Below, one piece after another: positions 18,192 to 28,426 of a stretch of 64,000 nt of DNA (positions within the stretch are counted from its first letter, which is position 1; every line of letters starts with the position of its first letter). A model generated the notes under the pieces. That model was not told where the DNA came from and ran no database searches. It saw only the letters and a list, made by a program, of their open reading frames with translations. Both the position numbers and the translations under genes were made by a program. The DNA comes from an uncultured Bacillales bacterium (GTDB taxonomy: Bacteria > Bacillota_I > Bacilli_A > RFN20 > CAG-826). The stretch is taken from assembly GCA_947302535.1 (NCBI GenBank), contig CAMYVX010000001.1, positions 64,705 through 128,704 of the forward strand, given 5' to 3'.

Positions 18192-20927
18192 TTGGATTTA
18201 TTCCAATCATTAATGCGGTTAAATATGTCTTTGTTAAAGAAAATAAGCAACACTTTCACATCAAAAATCACTAGACCGATTCTATCGAATATATTTGATT
18301 ATGTTCTTGTTGGATTGTGTCTTCTTTGTAGTGGCTATTCATTGTTTACTACATCCAATACAACTCCTAGAACAGTGTTTACTTGTGTTACCTTTTTTGT
18401 GATACTTGCAAGATTTGTGTTGACTTTTGACTTATCAACTTTAAAAGAAATCAAAAAGAACAAACGGCTATTGATTCCTCTGCCTTCTGTATGGTGCTTT
18501 TTGTTGTTGGGCATTTCGGCAGTTATCACTCTTTTTGTCAACAACGAATCAACTTATTTCATTTCATATTTCTATTATGGGATATTGGTTTTTTCAGCTT
18601 TTTTACTTTGTTATACTATTTCATTTAAGAGGTTCATTAAGGTATTTTGTGATGAGTTATTCTATTTAACAATAATTGCTATATTATTGTTTGCTCTTCA
18701 CAACATTGTTTCACCCTCTCTTGGTTTTTTGTTTTTTGACGCTGATAATACCATTTTCTCTAATAGCTTTCTTATATTTACTCAAAACGAATATGTGAAT
18801 AGAATTCATTCTATTTTTTGGGAGGCTGGCGTCTTTGCCTCTTTCTTGCTGTTGGCTTTGGCGTTTGAACTCCTTTTTTCTGACAACTTTAAACTCAGTC
18901 ACATCATCGTTTTCTTAGTAGCACTTATTTTTACTTTCTCAACAGCTGGCTACCTTTTGGCGGTCTTTATTATAGGGCCATTTTTTATTTATAAAATTAA
19001 AAACCAAAAGGTTAGAACTGCATTTGAATATGCATTTATACCAGTTGTTGTTCTCTTGCTTGTTGGTTTCATTTTCCTTTCAAGAGAACTTGCTAAATTT
19101 GCACCGACTCTTTTTGAAAAGATAGCAAAGGAATCTAATTCATTTACAACAAGATTGTATTCGCCCAAGATTAATCTTGAAATATTCCTCGAAAAGCCTT
19201 TCTTTGGTTGGGGGATTCATGGATCTAACGAAAGATATCTAGAAGTAGCTAATGCCGTACAATATGAAACTTTAATCGATGCACAGACTTCGACGAGTTT
19301 TGGATTGTTGGCAAGATTTGGTGTTTTTGGAATCATCTACACTTTAATGATGTTTTTTGGTATTGTGTTCGATAAAAAAATGCAGCCGCTTTCTTTGGTA
19401 TGCGTATTTCTTCTTTTCTTTGTGATTGTTAATAAGGAACCTCATGGTAATATGCTTATTTCATGGGCGTTGCTTTTCTTTTTTGTTCACAACAACATTG
19501 ACCAAGATATCATTGAAAAAAGACACAAAAAAAGTGAGTCTCCAGTTTATGAGAAAAAGACTTTGTTAGATGTTATTGAGAGTAAAGGCGATTCTGGAAC
19601 TGTTGCAAGAAATACGTTCTTGAGTCTTGGCTTGAAAGGCGTTGCTTTACTTGTCGGGCTTTTTACAATCCCTATTTATTCTAAATATTTTGGGAATGAT
19701 TCTACTTATGGTATTTGGCTGACATTCCTATCAATTATAACTTGGGTTATGACATTCGATTTAGGGTTTGGAAACGGAATGAAAAACAAACTCATCGAAA
19801 CCATTTCCAAGAAGGATAACGAAGAGGGAAAACGCATAGTATCCTCAACATATGCCGCTTCTTTAGCCATTGGTTCTGTTATCCTTGCTGTTGGTCTACT
19901 TATTATCAATCTAATTGATCTTGTTTCTCTATTTAATTTTGATCCGAGTGTTATATCAACCTCTACTGTTAGAATTGCTTTTTGTATTACTTTCTCGACA
20001 ATTGCAATCGAATTTGTTCTTAAGAATATTTCTCATATTTTCCAAGCGCACCAAAAACATTTTTTATCAAATCTCCTCCCTCTTCTCGCAAATATCACAC
20101 TTTTGATTTTTGCTTCAACTTCTAATTTCGGTAGTGTTTCTGACAAACTTTTATTCATATCAATAGCTTATTGTGTCATCACTTTATCTCCATATTTAAT
20201 TGCTTCTTTAATTGCTTTTTTAGGGCCATTAAAGTCAATTGCCCCAAGCTTTAAATATGCTTCGTTCTCAAAAGGAAGGAGTGTTATTTCTTTAGGACTA
20301 TTATTTTTTCTAATTCAATTAGCGCTTCTATTTTTAAATTCCATGGATCAAATTCTTGTTTCTAGTATTTTTTCCTCGGAAGACGTTGTTCTTTATACTA
20401 AATATTCCAAGTTCTTCAACGTCATTATTTCCATTTCCAATATTTTTAATAACATAATGTGGACCAGTGTTTGCAAATCAATATCAGACAATAATAAAAA
20501 ACAGTTAAATAAGGGCATAAAATCTCTATTAGCATTTGATTTACTTATGTGTCTCATATGTTTGATTATTGCTTTATTTATGCAGCCTCTACTAGATGTT
20601 TGGCTTGGTGAAAGCAGCTTCTCTGCTCAGCCATTTATTATCATTATTATTTTGTTATTTACTATAGAAAACATTTTTGTCTCGAGCACTGGGTCGTTGC
20701 TAAATGGATTTCAATGCCTTTTGCCACAAGCGATTTCTGTTGGTGCTGCTGCCATAGCAAAAATAGCGCTTGTGTTTATAATTCATAATATAAATAATTC
20801 TATAGGTTGGGAACTTGTATTTATTGTCAACGTTTTTGTCTATTTGCCAATATTGACAACCAACCTGTTCTTCCTTTACAAGTCATACAAAAAATTTAGT
20901 AAGAAAGTAGAAACATATGGAAATTAA
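18192..20927 (+). CDS. polytopic membrane protein: N-terminal Wzy-like O-antigen polymerase/ligase domain in frame with a C-terminal Wzx-like (MOP superfamily) flippase domain
   Basis: The N-terminal ~440 aa is multi-TM with a Wzy_C-like segment HSIFWEAGVFASFLLLALAFEL. The C-terminal ~450 aa resembles the start of a polysaccharide-biosynthesis (Wzx) protein: NTFLSLGLKGVALLVGLFTIPIYSKYFGNDSTYGIW. No stop codon separates the two halves in this frame. The halves may still be two genes if the second uses a TTG start. Confidence 0.6.
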   Translation: MDLFQSLMRLNMSLLKKISNTFTSKITRPILSNIFDYVLVGLCLLCSGYSLFTTSNTTPRTVFTCVTFFVILARFVLTFDLSTLKEIKKNKRLLIPLPSVWCFLLLGISAVITLFVNNESTYFISYFYYGILVFSAFLLCYTISFKRFIKVFCDELFYLTIIAILLFALHNIVSPSLGFLFFDADNTIFSNSFLIFTQNEYVNRIHSIFWEAGVFASFLLLALAFELLFSDNFKLSHIIVFLVALIFTFSTAGYLLAVFIIGPFFIYKIKNQKVRTAFEYAFIPVVVLLLVGFIFLSRELAKFAPTLFEKIAKESNSFTTRLYSPKINLEIFLEKPFFGWGIHGSNERYLEVANAVQYETLIDAQTSTSFGLLARFGVFGIIYTLMMFFGIVFDKKMQPLSLVCVFLLFFVIVNKEPHGNMLISWALLFFFVHNNIDQDIIEKRHKKSESPVYEKKTLLDVIESKGDSGTVARNTFLSLGLKGVALLVGLFTIPIYSKYFGNDSTYGIWLTFLSIITWVMTFDLGFGNGMKNKLIETISKKDNEEGKRIVSSTYAASLAIGSVILAVGLLIINLIDLVSLFNFDPSVISTSTVRIAFCITFSTIAIEFVLKNISHIFQAHQKHFLSNLLPLLANITLLIFASTSNFGSVSDKLLFISIAYCVITLSPYLIASLIAFLGPLKSIAPSFKYASFSKGRSVISLGLLFFLIQLALLFLNSMDQILVSSIFSSEDVVLYTKYSKFFNVIISISNIFNNIMWTSVCKSISDNNKKQLNKGIKSLLAFDLLMCLICLIIALFMQPLLDVWLGESSFSAQPFIIIIILLFTIENIFVSSTGSLLNGFQCLLPQAISVGAAAIAKIALVFIIHNINNSIGWELVFIVNVFVYLPILTTNLFFLYKSYKKFSKKVETYGN

Positions 20928-22095
20928 GAAAGAAAACATTAACAAAACCATGAAAGTTGGTGTCATATCTGCTGTTATTGAATTATTGGTTTTTGTGATG
21001 GCGTTTTTCTCATCTGTTTTTCTTCTTGGCTCCGACTATAAATTTGGAATTAAAGGTTTGGCAAATAGACTTAAAAATAGTGGCGAGCAAGAAATGGCAA
21101 TTGCTTCATATATCGAAGAAAATAATGCTGATAAATGGGAAACAATCTCATCAAACCATACAAGCAGTAGACCATTTATAAATTGTGCATCTAGATTTGT
21201 TGAAACATCTATAGATAAAAAGGAAATAACTGTATTTGATGTTCCTGAATGTGATAATGCTCATTATTCTTATAATCACATTTACGGATATGATGTTTGG
21301 CCAAAGATGGAGAGCGGCAGAATAGTTTTATCTAAAGATTTATATGTTTCTACTAAGTCTAGTATTGGTGATTCTATTTCAATAAAACTCGGAGAAGAAA
21401 CAAAAGTATTTACGGTCATTGGTTATTGTGAAGGCTCTAAAGAATCTGATAGGACTAAAATGGGAAATGTTATGGCGGATTTTTTAGGTGATTTTGCCGT
21501 TGTCATGAGAGAAGATTTAGATGACGTTGTGGTTTCTGGATATATGAAAACCGTCTCTTTGAATCAAGAAACACGAAGTTTTGAACTTGCGATAAGAGAT
21601 TGGACGGCTGATAAAAATGTTAATCCGAAAACAAGCAAATTCTCTAACTATGAAATACAAAATATATTTGGATTCTACAGTTCTGTTAATTCTAAGAAAG
21701 TTTTCCTAATACCAATTGGAATTGCTCTATTACTTTTGTCAGCTGTCTTGCTTTTATATTTTCAATTATCTTTTTACAAGTGTAATAAGCTAGGCAATAT
21801 AGGTTTATTGGTCATAACCATTAGCAGCATTTTAATTTGGTTTCTAGCGTCATTTATTTTTTCAAAAATAAAATTTAAATTGTTTGGCTATAGTGTGGTT
21901 CTCTCGACCACCGGTGCGTTTGTTTTGCCAACAATTTTACTATTATCATTCTGCTTGTTTTATATTGTTAGACTTCTTTTATTGGAAAAAGAAATTATTA
22001 ATAAACACAACATTGAGAATTCAGAAAATCTTCAGGAGGAGAAAGAAAATGAAAACAATATGGATAATGAATCATTATGCGACGAGTCCAAATAA
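20917..22095 (+). CDS. membrane protein with FtsX-like permease topology (N-terminal TM, large extracytoplasmic domain, three C-terminal TMs)
   Basis: Hydrophobic segments lie at residues ~13-36 and in three C-terminal stretches. No catalytic motif is recognised. Confidence 0.45.
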   Translation: MEIKKENINKTMKVGVISAVIELLVFVMAFFSSVFLLGSDYKFGIKGLANRLKNSGEQEMAIASYIEENNADKWETISSNHTSSRPFINCASRFVETSIDKKEITVFDVPECDNAHYSYNHIYGYDVWPKMESGRIVLSKDLYVSTKSSIGDSISIKLGEETKVFTVIGYCEGSKESDRTKMGNVMADFLGDFAVVMREDLDDVVVSGYMKTVSLNQETRSFELAIRDWTADKNVNPKTSKFSNYEIQNIFGFYSSVNSKKVFLIPIGIALLLLSAVLLLYFQLSFYKCNKLGNIGLLVITISSILIWFLASFIFSKIKFKLFGYSVVLSTTGAFVLPTILLLSFCLFYIVRLLLLEKEIINKHNIENSENLQEEKENENNMDNESLCDESK

Positions 22096-23314
22096 TGGAC
22101 CTTTGCCACGTCATTATTATCTAGCCAAAAGATTTAAAGAATACGGATACAAAGTCTGTATATTTGCATCCAACCAACTTCATGCGACTGATACTGAAGT
22201 ATCAACAGGCAAAGAGAAATATGCCGAAGTAGAAGAAAATGGAATTAAGTTTTTCTTCTTAAAAACAATGAAATATAAAGGCAATGGTGTGAAGCGTATT
22301 TTAAATATGCTTTCTTTTAAGAAAGCTTTAGTGAAAGTTTGGAAAAAAATAGCGAAGAAATATGGAAAACCCGACATCGTTCTTGGTTCAAGCGCTCACC
22401 TATTTACTTGTGTTTCCGCTCTTAAGATAGCAAAGAAAAATAAAATACCATGCATCTCTGAAGTTCGTGACCTCTGGCCAGAAGAACTGTTCACTGTTGG
22501 TAAGGTTAAAGAGAAGAGCTTCTTTGGAAAAGTGTTGCTAAGATTAGAAAGAAAAATATATGAAAAGTCAGATGCTCTTGTCTTTACTAAAGAAGGAGAT
22601 GTTGATCACATTAAAGAAATGAAATGGGATATCGCTCAAGGCGGTAAGATTGATTTAAATAAATGCAACTATATCAATAACGGCGTTGATTTTGATGAAT
22701 GGAACGCAAATATTAAGAATCACGTTTTCCCAATTGCTACGAAACCAGTTGGTAAGTTCTATGTTGGATATGCAGGATCTATTCGTCCTATGAATAACGT
22801 CGAACTTCTTATCGAAACTGCCGAATTAATGAAAAATGATAAATCGATTGTCTTCTATATTGCTGGGGCTGGCTCATTGTTAGAGAGTTTAAAACAAATG
22901 GCCAAAGAAAAAGAATTAGACAATATCGTTTTTACCGGATACATGGATAAAAGAATGGTGCCTTCGTTCCTCTCAAATATGGATTTGAATATCTTAGTCT
23001 ATTCTGACACAAAATATAATTGGAGCAGAGGCAATAGTTCAAATAAATTATTTGAATATATGGCAAGTGGTAAGCCCATTATTTCGACTGTTAAAACAGG
23101 TTACTCAATTATTGATAGATATAAATGTGGTGTAGAAATTGCTAAATGTGATGCCGCCCACTTATCAGAAGCCATTTTGAAAATGAAAGAATTAAACAAG
23201 AATGATTATGACACATATTGTCTTAATTCTTTAAAAGCTTCAAAAGACTTCGACTTTGATAAATTATCAAAAGACTATATCTCATTAGTTGAAAAATTAA
23301 TTAAAAAGGACTAA
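22049..23314 (+). CDS. GT4 glycosyltransferase, WbuB-like (candidate L-FucNAc transferase)
   Basis: N-terminus MKTIWIMNHYATSPNNGPLPRHYYLAKRFKEYGYKV is typical of the WbuB/WbjE subfamily. AGGAGGA Shine-Dalgarno lies 9 nt upstream of ATG 22049. The ORF-track start 21884 is probably an upstream extension. Confidence 0.75.
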   Translation: MKTIWIMNHYATSPNNGPLPRHYYLAKRFKEYGYKVCIFASNQLHATDTEVSTGKEKYAEVEENGIKFFFLKTMKYKGNGVKRILNMLSFKKALVKVWKKIAKKYGKPDIVLGSSAHLFTCVSALKIAKKNKIPCISEVRDLWPEELFTVGKVKEKSFFGKVLLRLERKIYEKSDALVFTKEGDVDHIKEMKWDIAQGGKIDLNKCNYINNGVDFDEWNANIKNHVFPIATKPVGKFYVGYAGSIRPMNNVELLIETAELMKNDKSIVFYIAGAGSLLESLKQMAKEKELDNIVFTGYMDKRMVPSFLSNMDLNILVYSDTKYNWSRGNSSNKLFEYMASGKPIISTVKTGYSIIDRYKCGVEIAKCDAAHLSEAILKMKELNKNDYDTYCLNSLKASKDFDFDKLSKDYISLVEKLIKKD

Positions 23315-23354
23315 TATTTTAAAGCAATATAGGAATTAAGGAGTTTTATTTATT

Positions 23355-24575
23355 ATGAATAAAGAAAAAGTTGTTGTTGTTGGTATGGGTTATATTGGCC
23401 TTCCAACATCTTTAGCTTTAACAAATGGCGGTATTGATGTCGTTGGATACGATTTAGACGCCAGAAAAATAGAAACATTAAAAAAAGGACAACTAACCTT
23501 TAAAGAAGATGGGTTAATGGACCTTTTTGAAGAGGCTAAGAAAAAAGGAATCTCATTTACATCAAATATTAAAGATTTGGTCAATGAAAATTTCTTCATT
23601 ATTTCTGTTCCAACGCCATACGATAAGGACAGTAAAAAAATCGATCCTTCGTATGTTGTTTCTGCATTTTCAAGCATTTATTCCATTTGTCCAGAAGGAT
23701 CAATTATTGTTATCGAATCTACAATTTCTCCTGGCACAATTGATAAAACAGTGAGACCACTCGTCAAAGAAAAACATGTCAATTTAGTCCACTGTCCCGA
23801 AAGAATTATCCCTGGCAACATGGTTTATGAACTCAAACACAATTCTAGAACCATTGGTGCAGACGATGCTGAAATCGGTGAAAGAGTTAAAAAAGTTTAT
23901 TCTTCTTTCTGCGAAGGAAATATCGTTATTACCTCTATTAAAGTTGCAGAAATGACCAAAGTTGTTGAAAACACATTTAGAGATATCAACATTGCGTATG
24001 CAAATGAATTGGTCAAGATTTGTGAAAAAGCCGGTGTTGATGTTTATGAAGTTATTAGAATTTCTAACGCACATCCACGTGTCAATATTCTTCAACCAGG
24101 TCCAGGAGTTGGTGGACACTGTATTTCTGTTGACCCATGGTTTTTAGTTGGTGATTATCCAATGGAAGCAAATCTTATCAAACAAGCTAGATTGATAAAT
24201 GACTCTATGCCAGAATATGTTTTGACTAGAGTTAGTAAGGTCGCTGAAAAGAACAACATTTCTTTTGATAGAATTGGCATTTACGGATTAACTTATAAAG
24301 AAAACGTTGATGATTTCAGAGAAAGTCCATCTTTACAAATGTTAGAATTTAGACAACAAACATGTTCAAAAAGTTTTGTTTCATTCGACCCTATGTTAGA
24401 AACAAAAATTGTTGAAGGCCAAGAAATGGATTTTAAAACATTTTTATCTAAGGTTGATCTAGTCATTGTCATGCAAAACCACAAACATCTTCTAGATAAC
24501 AAAAACCTTTTAAAAGGTAAAATCGTTTTTGATACAAAGAATTGCTTAGATATTGACGGAGTGTACAAATATTAG
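23355..24575 (+). CDS. wecC: UDP-N-acetyl-D-mannosamine dehydrogenase (UDP-sugar dehydrogenase family)
   Basis: VVVVGMGYIGLP Rossmann motif. Catalytic Cys motif GGHCISVD. Lies immediately upstream of wecB. Confidence 0.75.
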   Translation: MNKEKVVVVGMGYIGLPTSLALTNGGIDVVGYDLDARKIETLKKGQLTFKEDGLMDLFEEAKKKGISFTSNIKDLVNENFFIISVPTPYDKDSKKIDPSYVVSAFSSIYSICPEGSIIVIESTISPGTIDKTVRPLVKEKHVNLVHCPERIIPGNMVYELKHNSRTIGADDAEIGERVKKVYSSFCEGNIVITSIKVAEMTKVVENTFRDINIAYANELVKICEKAGVDVYEVIRISNAHPRVNILQPGPGVGGHCISVDPWFLVGDYPMEANLIKQARLINDSMPEYVLTRVSKVAEKNNISFDRIGIYGLTYKENVDDFRESPSLQMLEFRQQTCSKSFVSFDPMLETKIVEGQEMDFKTFLSKVDLVIVMQNHKHLLDNKNLLKGKIVFDTKNCLDIDGVYKY

Positions 24576-24579
24576 TTTT

Positions 24580-25686
24580 ATGAAAAAAGTAATGGTTGTT
24601 TTCGGTACTAGACCAGAAGCCATCAAAATGTGCCCTGTTGTTTTGGCGCTAAAGAAAAGAAAAAAACTCGATGTAGTTGTTTGTGTTTCTGGCCAACATA
24701 GAGAAATGTTAAGCCAAGTTCTCGATGTTTTTGGTGTGGTTCCTGATTATAACCTTGATATCATGAAGGAGAAACAAGATTTATTCCACATTACATCCGA
24801 AATCCTTTTACGTTTTAAAGATGTTTTACAAAAAGAAAAACCTGATTTAATTCTCGTTCATGGTGATACATCTACAACATTTGTGTCTGCCTTATCAGCT
24901 TTTTATCTACAAATTCCGGTAGGACACGTAGAAGCTGGGCTTAGAACAAATGATATTTATTCTCCATTCCCAGAAGAATTTAATAGACGTGGTGTTTCTA
25001 TTATTTCTAGATTAAATTTTGCTCCAACGAAATTATCTAGAGAAAACCTCTTAAAAGAAAATGTTGATCCTAAGACTATTTTCGTTACTGGTAACACCGC
25101 GATTGATGCTTTAAAAGTTACTGTAAAAAAAGATTTCGACTCGGATTACTTAAGATGGGTAGGAGATTCTAAACTAATACTTCTTACTGCTCACAGAAGA
25201 GAGAATCTTGGAAAGCCTCTTGAAAACATATTTGAAGCTGTGAATGAATTAACAAGACGATATCCGGATATAAAAGTCTTATATCCTGTTCATATGAACC
25301 CATTAATTAGAGAAACGGCAGCAAAGGTTTTTAAAGACAATAAACAGATTAAACTAATTGATCCATTGGAACCGATTTCATTTCATAATCTCATTTCTAA
25401 ATCATTCTTTGTTATGACTGATAGTGGTGGAATTCAAGAAGAAGCCCCATCTTTAAACAAACCAGTTTTAGTTTTAAGAGAAGTTACCGAAAGACCAGAA
25501 GGTGTTGATGGTGGAACTCTAAAATTAGTTGGCACAAATAAGGATTCTATTTTAGAAGCTGCTTGTGATTTGATGGAAAATAGGAATGGTATCTTTGATA
25601 AAATGAGCAGCGCCGAAAATCCTTATGGAGATGGTTTTGCTTCTGAAAGAATTGCAGAAATTGTTGAAAATGAACTTTATCGATAA
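24580..25686 (+). CDS. wecB: UDP-N-acetylglucosamine 2-epimerase (non-hydrolysing)
   Basis: MKKVMVVFGTRPEAIKMCPV. HVEAGLRT. DSGGIQEEAPSLNKPVLVLR. Confidence 0.9.
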   Translation: MKKVMVVFGTRPEAIKMCPVVLALKKRKKLDVVVCVSGQHREMLSQVLDVFGVVPDYNLDIMKEKQDLFHITSEILLRFKDVLQKEKPDLILVHGDTSTTFVSALSAFYLQIPVGHVEAGLRTNDIYSPFPEEFNRRGVSIISRLNFAPTKLSRENLLKENVDPKTIFVTGNTAIDALKVTVKKDFDSDYLRWVGDSKLILLTAHRRENLGKPLENIFEAVNELTRRYPDIKVLYPVHMNPLIRETAAKVFKDNKQIKLIDPLEPISFHNLISKSFFVMTDSGGIQEEAPSLNKPVLVLREVTERPEGVDGGTLKLVGTNKDSILEAACDLMENRNGIFDKMSSAENPYGDGFASERIAEIVENELYR

Positions 25687-27259
25687 ACTTAAAGTAATTA
25701 ATAAAGGGGAATTGTTTTCAAGATTTCTTTTTTCTTTACGAAAAAAAACTAAGCGTTACGATCGTTTTATTAAAAAACAATTAAATAATGGCAACGTCAC
25801 TCTTAAAAGAGTTGACTTATTTAGTAACGAACAATTATTACACATTTCTAGCAATCCTTTTTTGTTTGTTTACGGTGACATTTCAAAGGACATAAGAAAA
25901 GAGAAACCCGATCAAGAACTTAAAAAATGGTATCTTTGTTCTGAATCAAGCGGAAAAGATGATATAAGAGTGACTTGGGAAGAAGCTAGACTCCAAAACC
26001 TTAATCTCTTAGTTAGCAATTATATAATTACAAAAGATGCCGGTGTTTGTTCTGATATAGATGATATTCTGCAAAAATGGTTCGCTGTTAATCCAGTGGA
26101 TATGGGTATCAATCATGTATCAAATTTAGAAATAGCTATTCGCTTTTTGGTTTTATATAGAGTTTGGTACTATTGCGCGCCATATATTCATTTCAATTTG
26201 GAACAAGTTTTATATTCATATGCTCTACATATCTTCTATGATTTACCAAGAACGCAAAAATGTATTCCTAACAACCATGCGTTAGGAGAAGCAACAGCGT
26301 TATTATTAGCCTCAAAGGTTTTTAATAACCAAAAATGGTATAAAAGAGCCAAAAAAGTATTGCTTTCGAGATTTAGTTTAATTAACGACAATGGCGAATC
26401 TACTGAAGAGTCTTCGGGTTATCAGCTTTTTGCTACACAAATGCTATTGATTGTGACATCTATCACTAATGAATTTGATCAAATAATTGAAAAAAAGATT
26501 AAAAACTCAATTATTTTGTTAAAAGCATTAAGCGATAATGATGGTAATATTGCTCAATTTGGCGATTGTGATGGAGGGCTTTTCTATTGCTTTGATTCTA
26601 TCAAAAGAAACAATATAGCCGCTCTTAGTGTTGATTATTTAAGTGCTAACAAAAAAGTTAATAAGTGGCTTGAAGAATCAAAGCCATTACCAGAATCATC
26701 TTCATACTTATCAATCCTTGAACGTGGAGATATTAAGATTGCTGTCATAGGTGGACATGAAATGAATCACGCTCATATACAAGCCTCGTCCTTTATTATT
26801 TGGTATAAAGGAAAACAAATTACTTTTTCTCCTGGAACATATCATTACAATGGTGAACAAAGCTTTGTGAGGCTTAAATTGTCTTCCCTTGAGATGAGTT
26901 CATGTATAAACAATAAGAACATTGATAGAAACAATTTTGTGACAACTTTTAGACATAAAAAAATAATAAAGTCTATTTCGCTTAGCAAAAAAGAAGAAAG
27001 CATTATTGTTTGCATCAAGATTAAACACAGAATTCTTTATAGAACAATTACAATTAAAAACAACAAAGTTGTTATACTTGATGAATCAAATGGTTTGTTG
27101 GGCGACTATTCTATTTGTTTTGGCGAGAGCAAGCCACTGTTGTTAGAAGGAATATTTTCAAAAGATTCATTCTCGCCTGAATATGGTTCCATTAAAAGTG
27201 GTAAATATGTTCGTGTTGCTGGCAATGAACTAAAAAAAGAAACTGTGATTGAATTATGA
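25670..27259 (+). CDS. heparinase II/III-like (alginate-lyase-like toroid) family protein of unknown role in polysaccharide synthesis
   Basis: About 530 aa. NHALGEATALL motif. Commonly found next to wecB in Gram-positive polysaccharide loci. Start placed at internal ATG 25670. Confidence 0.45.
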   Translation: MNFIDKLKVINKGELFSRFLFSLRKKTKRYDRFIKKQLNNGNVTLKRVDLFSNEQLLHISSNPFLFVYGDISKDIRKEKPDQELKKWYLCSESSGKDDIRVTWEEARLQNLNLLVSNYIITKDAGVCSDIDDILQKWFAVNPVDMGINHVSNLEIAIRFLVLYRVWYYCAPYIHFNLEQVLYSYALHIFYDLPRTQKCIPNNHALGEATALLLASKVFNNQKWYKRAKKVLLSRFSLINDNGESTEESSGYQLFATQMLLIVTSITNEFDQIIEKKIKNSIILLKALSDNDGNIAQFGDCDGGLFYCFDSIKRNNIAALSVDYLSANKKVNKWLEESKPLPESSSYLSILERGDIKIAVIGGHEMNHAHIQASSFIIWYKGKQITFSPGTYHYNGEQSFVRLKLSSLEMSSCINNKNIDRNNFVTTFRHKKIIKSISLSKKEESIIVCIKIKHRILYRTITIKNNKVVILDESNGLLGDYSICFGESKPLLLEGIFSKDSFSPEYGSIKSGKYVRVAGNELKKETVIEL

Positions 27260-28425
27260 AAAAGGTACTATTTTTAACAAAATGTAAATTTCCAGACGGT
27301 GATGCCTCTTCTAAGAGATATTGGGTTTTTTCTCAGTACTTTAAAGATAGGGGTTATGATTGTGTTTTCCTTGGATTTGGAGATACACCATATCAAAAAG
27401 AAGTTCAAATAGATAATTCTAAAGTTATATCTCTCAAAAGATATAAAAAGCCAAATTTAATTCAAAAAGTTTTAAATCACCATAGATTAGACTCAAAGAT
27501 AATTGAGTATGCTTTAGAACATCATAATGATGTCGATGTTGTTTTTATTGATCCTAGATTCTTTAAAAAACTTAATCATAATTCAAAAAGAAGAAACAAA
27601 TTCCAAAAGGCAATGTTTATTTATTCCATCGTAGAATATTATTCTCCTTGTGAATATCGTTTCAATGGTTTGTTTTCTAAGGGTTTTAAGGAAAACATAC
27701 ACTATAACAGTCATATTTTACCGTTAGATGGAAAAATAATTGCCATTAGTTCCGCCCTTGAAGATATGTATCTTAAAAGAGGATGTGAAGTTGTTCGCAT
27801 TCCATTTGTTGTTAATAACACCAATGTTTCAATTCAAAGTAAATATTCCGAGAATGGTATTGTGAAGTTTATTTATTGTGGCAATCCGCGTGCTAAGGAT
27901 AATTTGCCTGATATCTTAAGAGCATTCTTGTTATTAGATGATAATCTGTTTAAACGTAGCCAAGTATCAATATTGGGTGTTGATCAAACATGGCTAAAAA
28001 AGCAAGGATTTAAAAAAGCAGAGATTAATAGACTAAAGCAAATAGTGCATTTCTATGGTCGTATACCATTTAAAAAAGTTATTGAGTTCTACTTAAATAG
28101 TGATTTTTCACTATTATTAAGACCATTTAATGAAAGGTATGCAAAATGTGGTTTTCCAACAAAAATATCTGAAAGCCTTGAATATGGTGTTCCACCAGTC
28201 ACAAATTATACAAGTGATCTCGGTTTATATCTTAGAGATGGTATAAATTCCTTTGAGGTTAAGGGCGATGATGTTCATTCTTTTGCTAAAGCTTTGGAAA
28301 ATTGTTTTAATTTAAGACTACAAGAACATCAAAATATGAAAAATAATGCGAAGAAAACATCTATTGAAGAACTCAATATATTGTGTTTTTATGACGAATT
28401 AGACAAATTAACGGAGAACAAATAA
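27256..28425 (+). CDS. glycosyltransferase (GT4-like)
   Basis: C-terminal GT4 signature GFPTKISESLEYGVPPVT. Confidence 0.6.
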   Translation: MKKVLFLTKCKFPDGDASSKRYWVFSQYFKDRGYDCVFLGFGDTPYQKEVQIDNSKVISLKRYKKPNLIQKVLNHHRLDSKIIEYALEHHNDVDVVFIDPRFFKKLNHNSKRRNKFQKAMFIYSIVEYYSPCEYRFNGLFSKGFKENIHYNSHILPLDGKIIAISSALEDMYLKRGCEVVRIPFVVNNTNVSIQSKYSENGIVKFIYCGNPRAKDNLPDILRAFLLLDDNLFKRSQVSILGVDQTWLKKQGFKKAEINRLKQIVHFYGRIPFKKVIEFYLNSDFSLLLRPFNERYAKCGFPTKISESLEYGVPPVTNYTSDLGLYLRDGINSFEVKGDDVHSFAKALENCFNLRLQEHQNMKNNAKKTSIEELNILCFYDELDKLTENK

Positions 28426-28426
28426 T

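Noticed and set aside
21884-22048. 55-codon N-terminal extension of the WbuB-like glycosyltransferase ORF
   Set aside because: It overlaps the preceding gene. A strong AGGAGGA Shine-Dalgarno and a family-typical N-terminus support ATG 22049.
23390-24568. Several 60-110-aa ORFs on both strands inside the wecC gene
   Set aside because: They are embedded in a well-supported UDP-sugar dehydrogenase gene and are reading-frame artefacts of AT-rich sequence.
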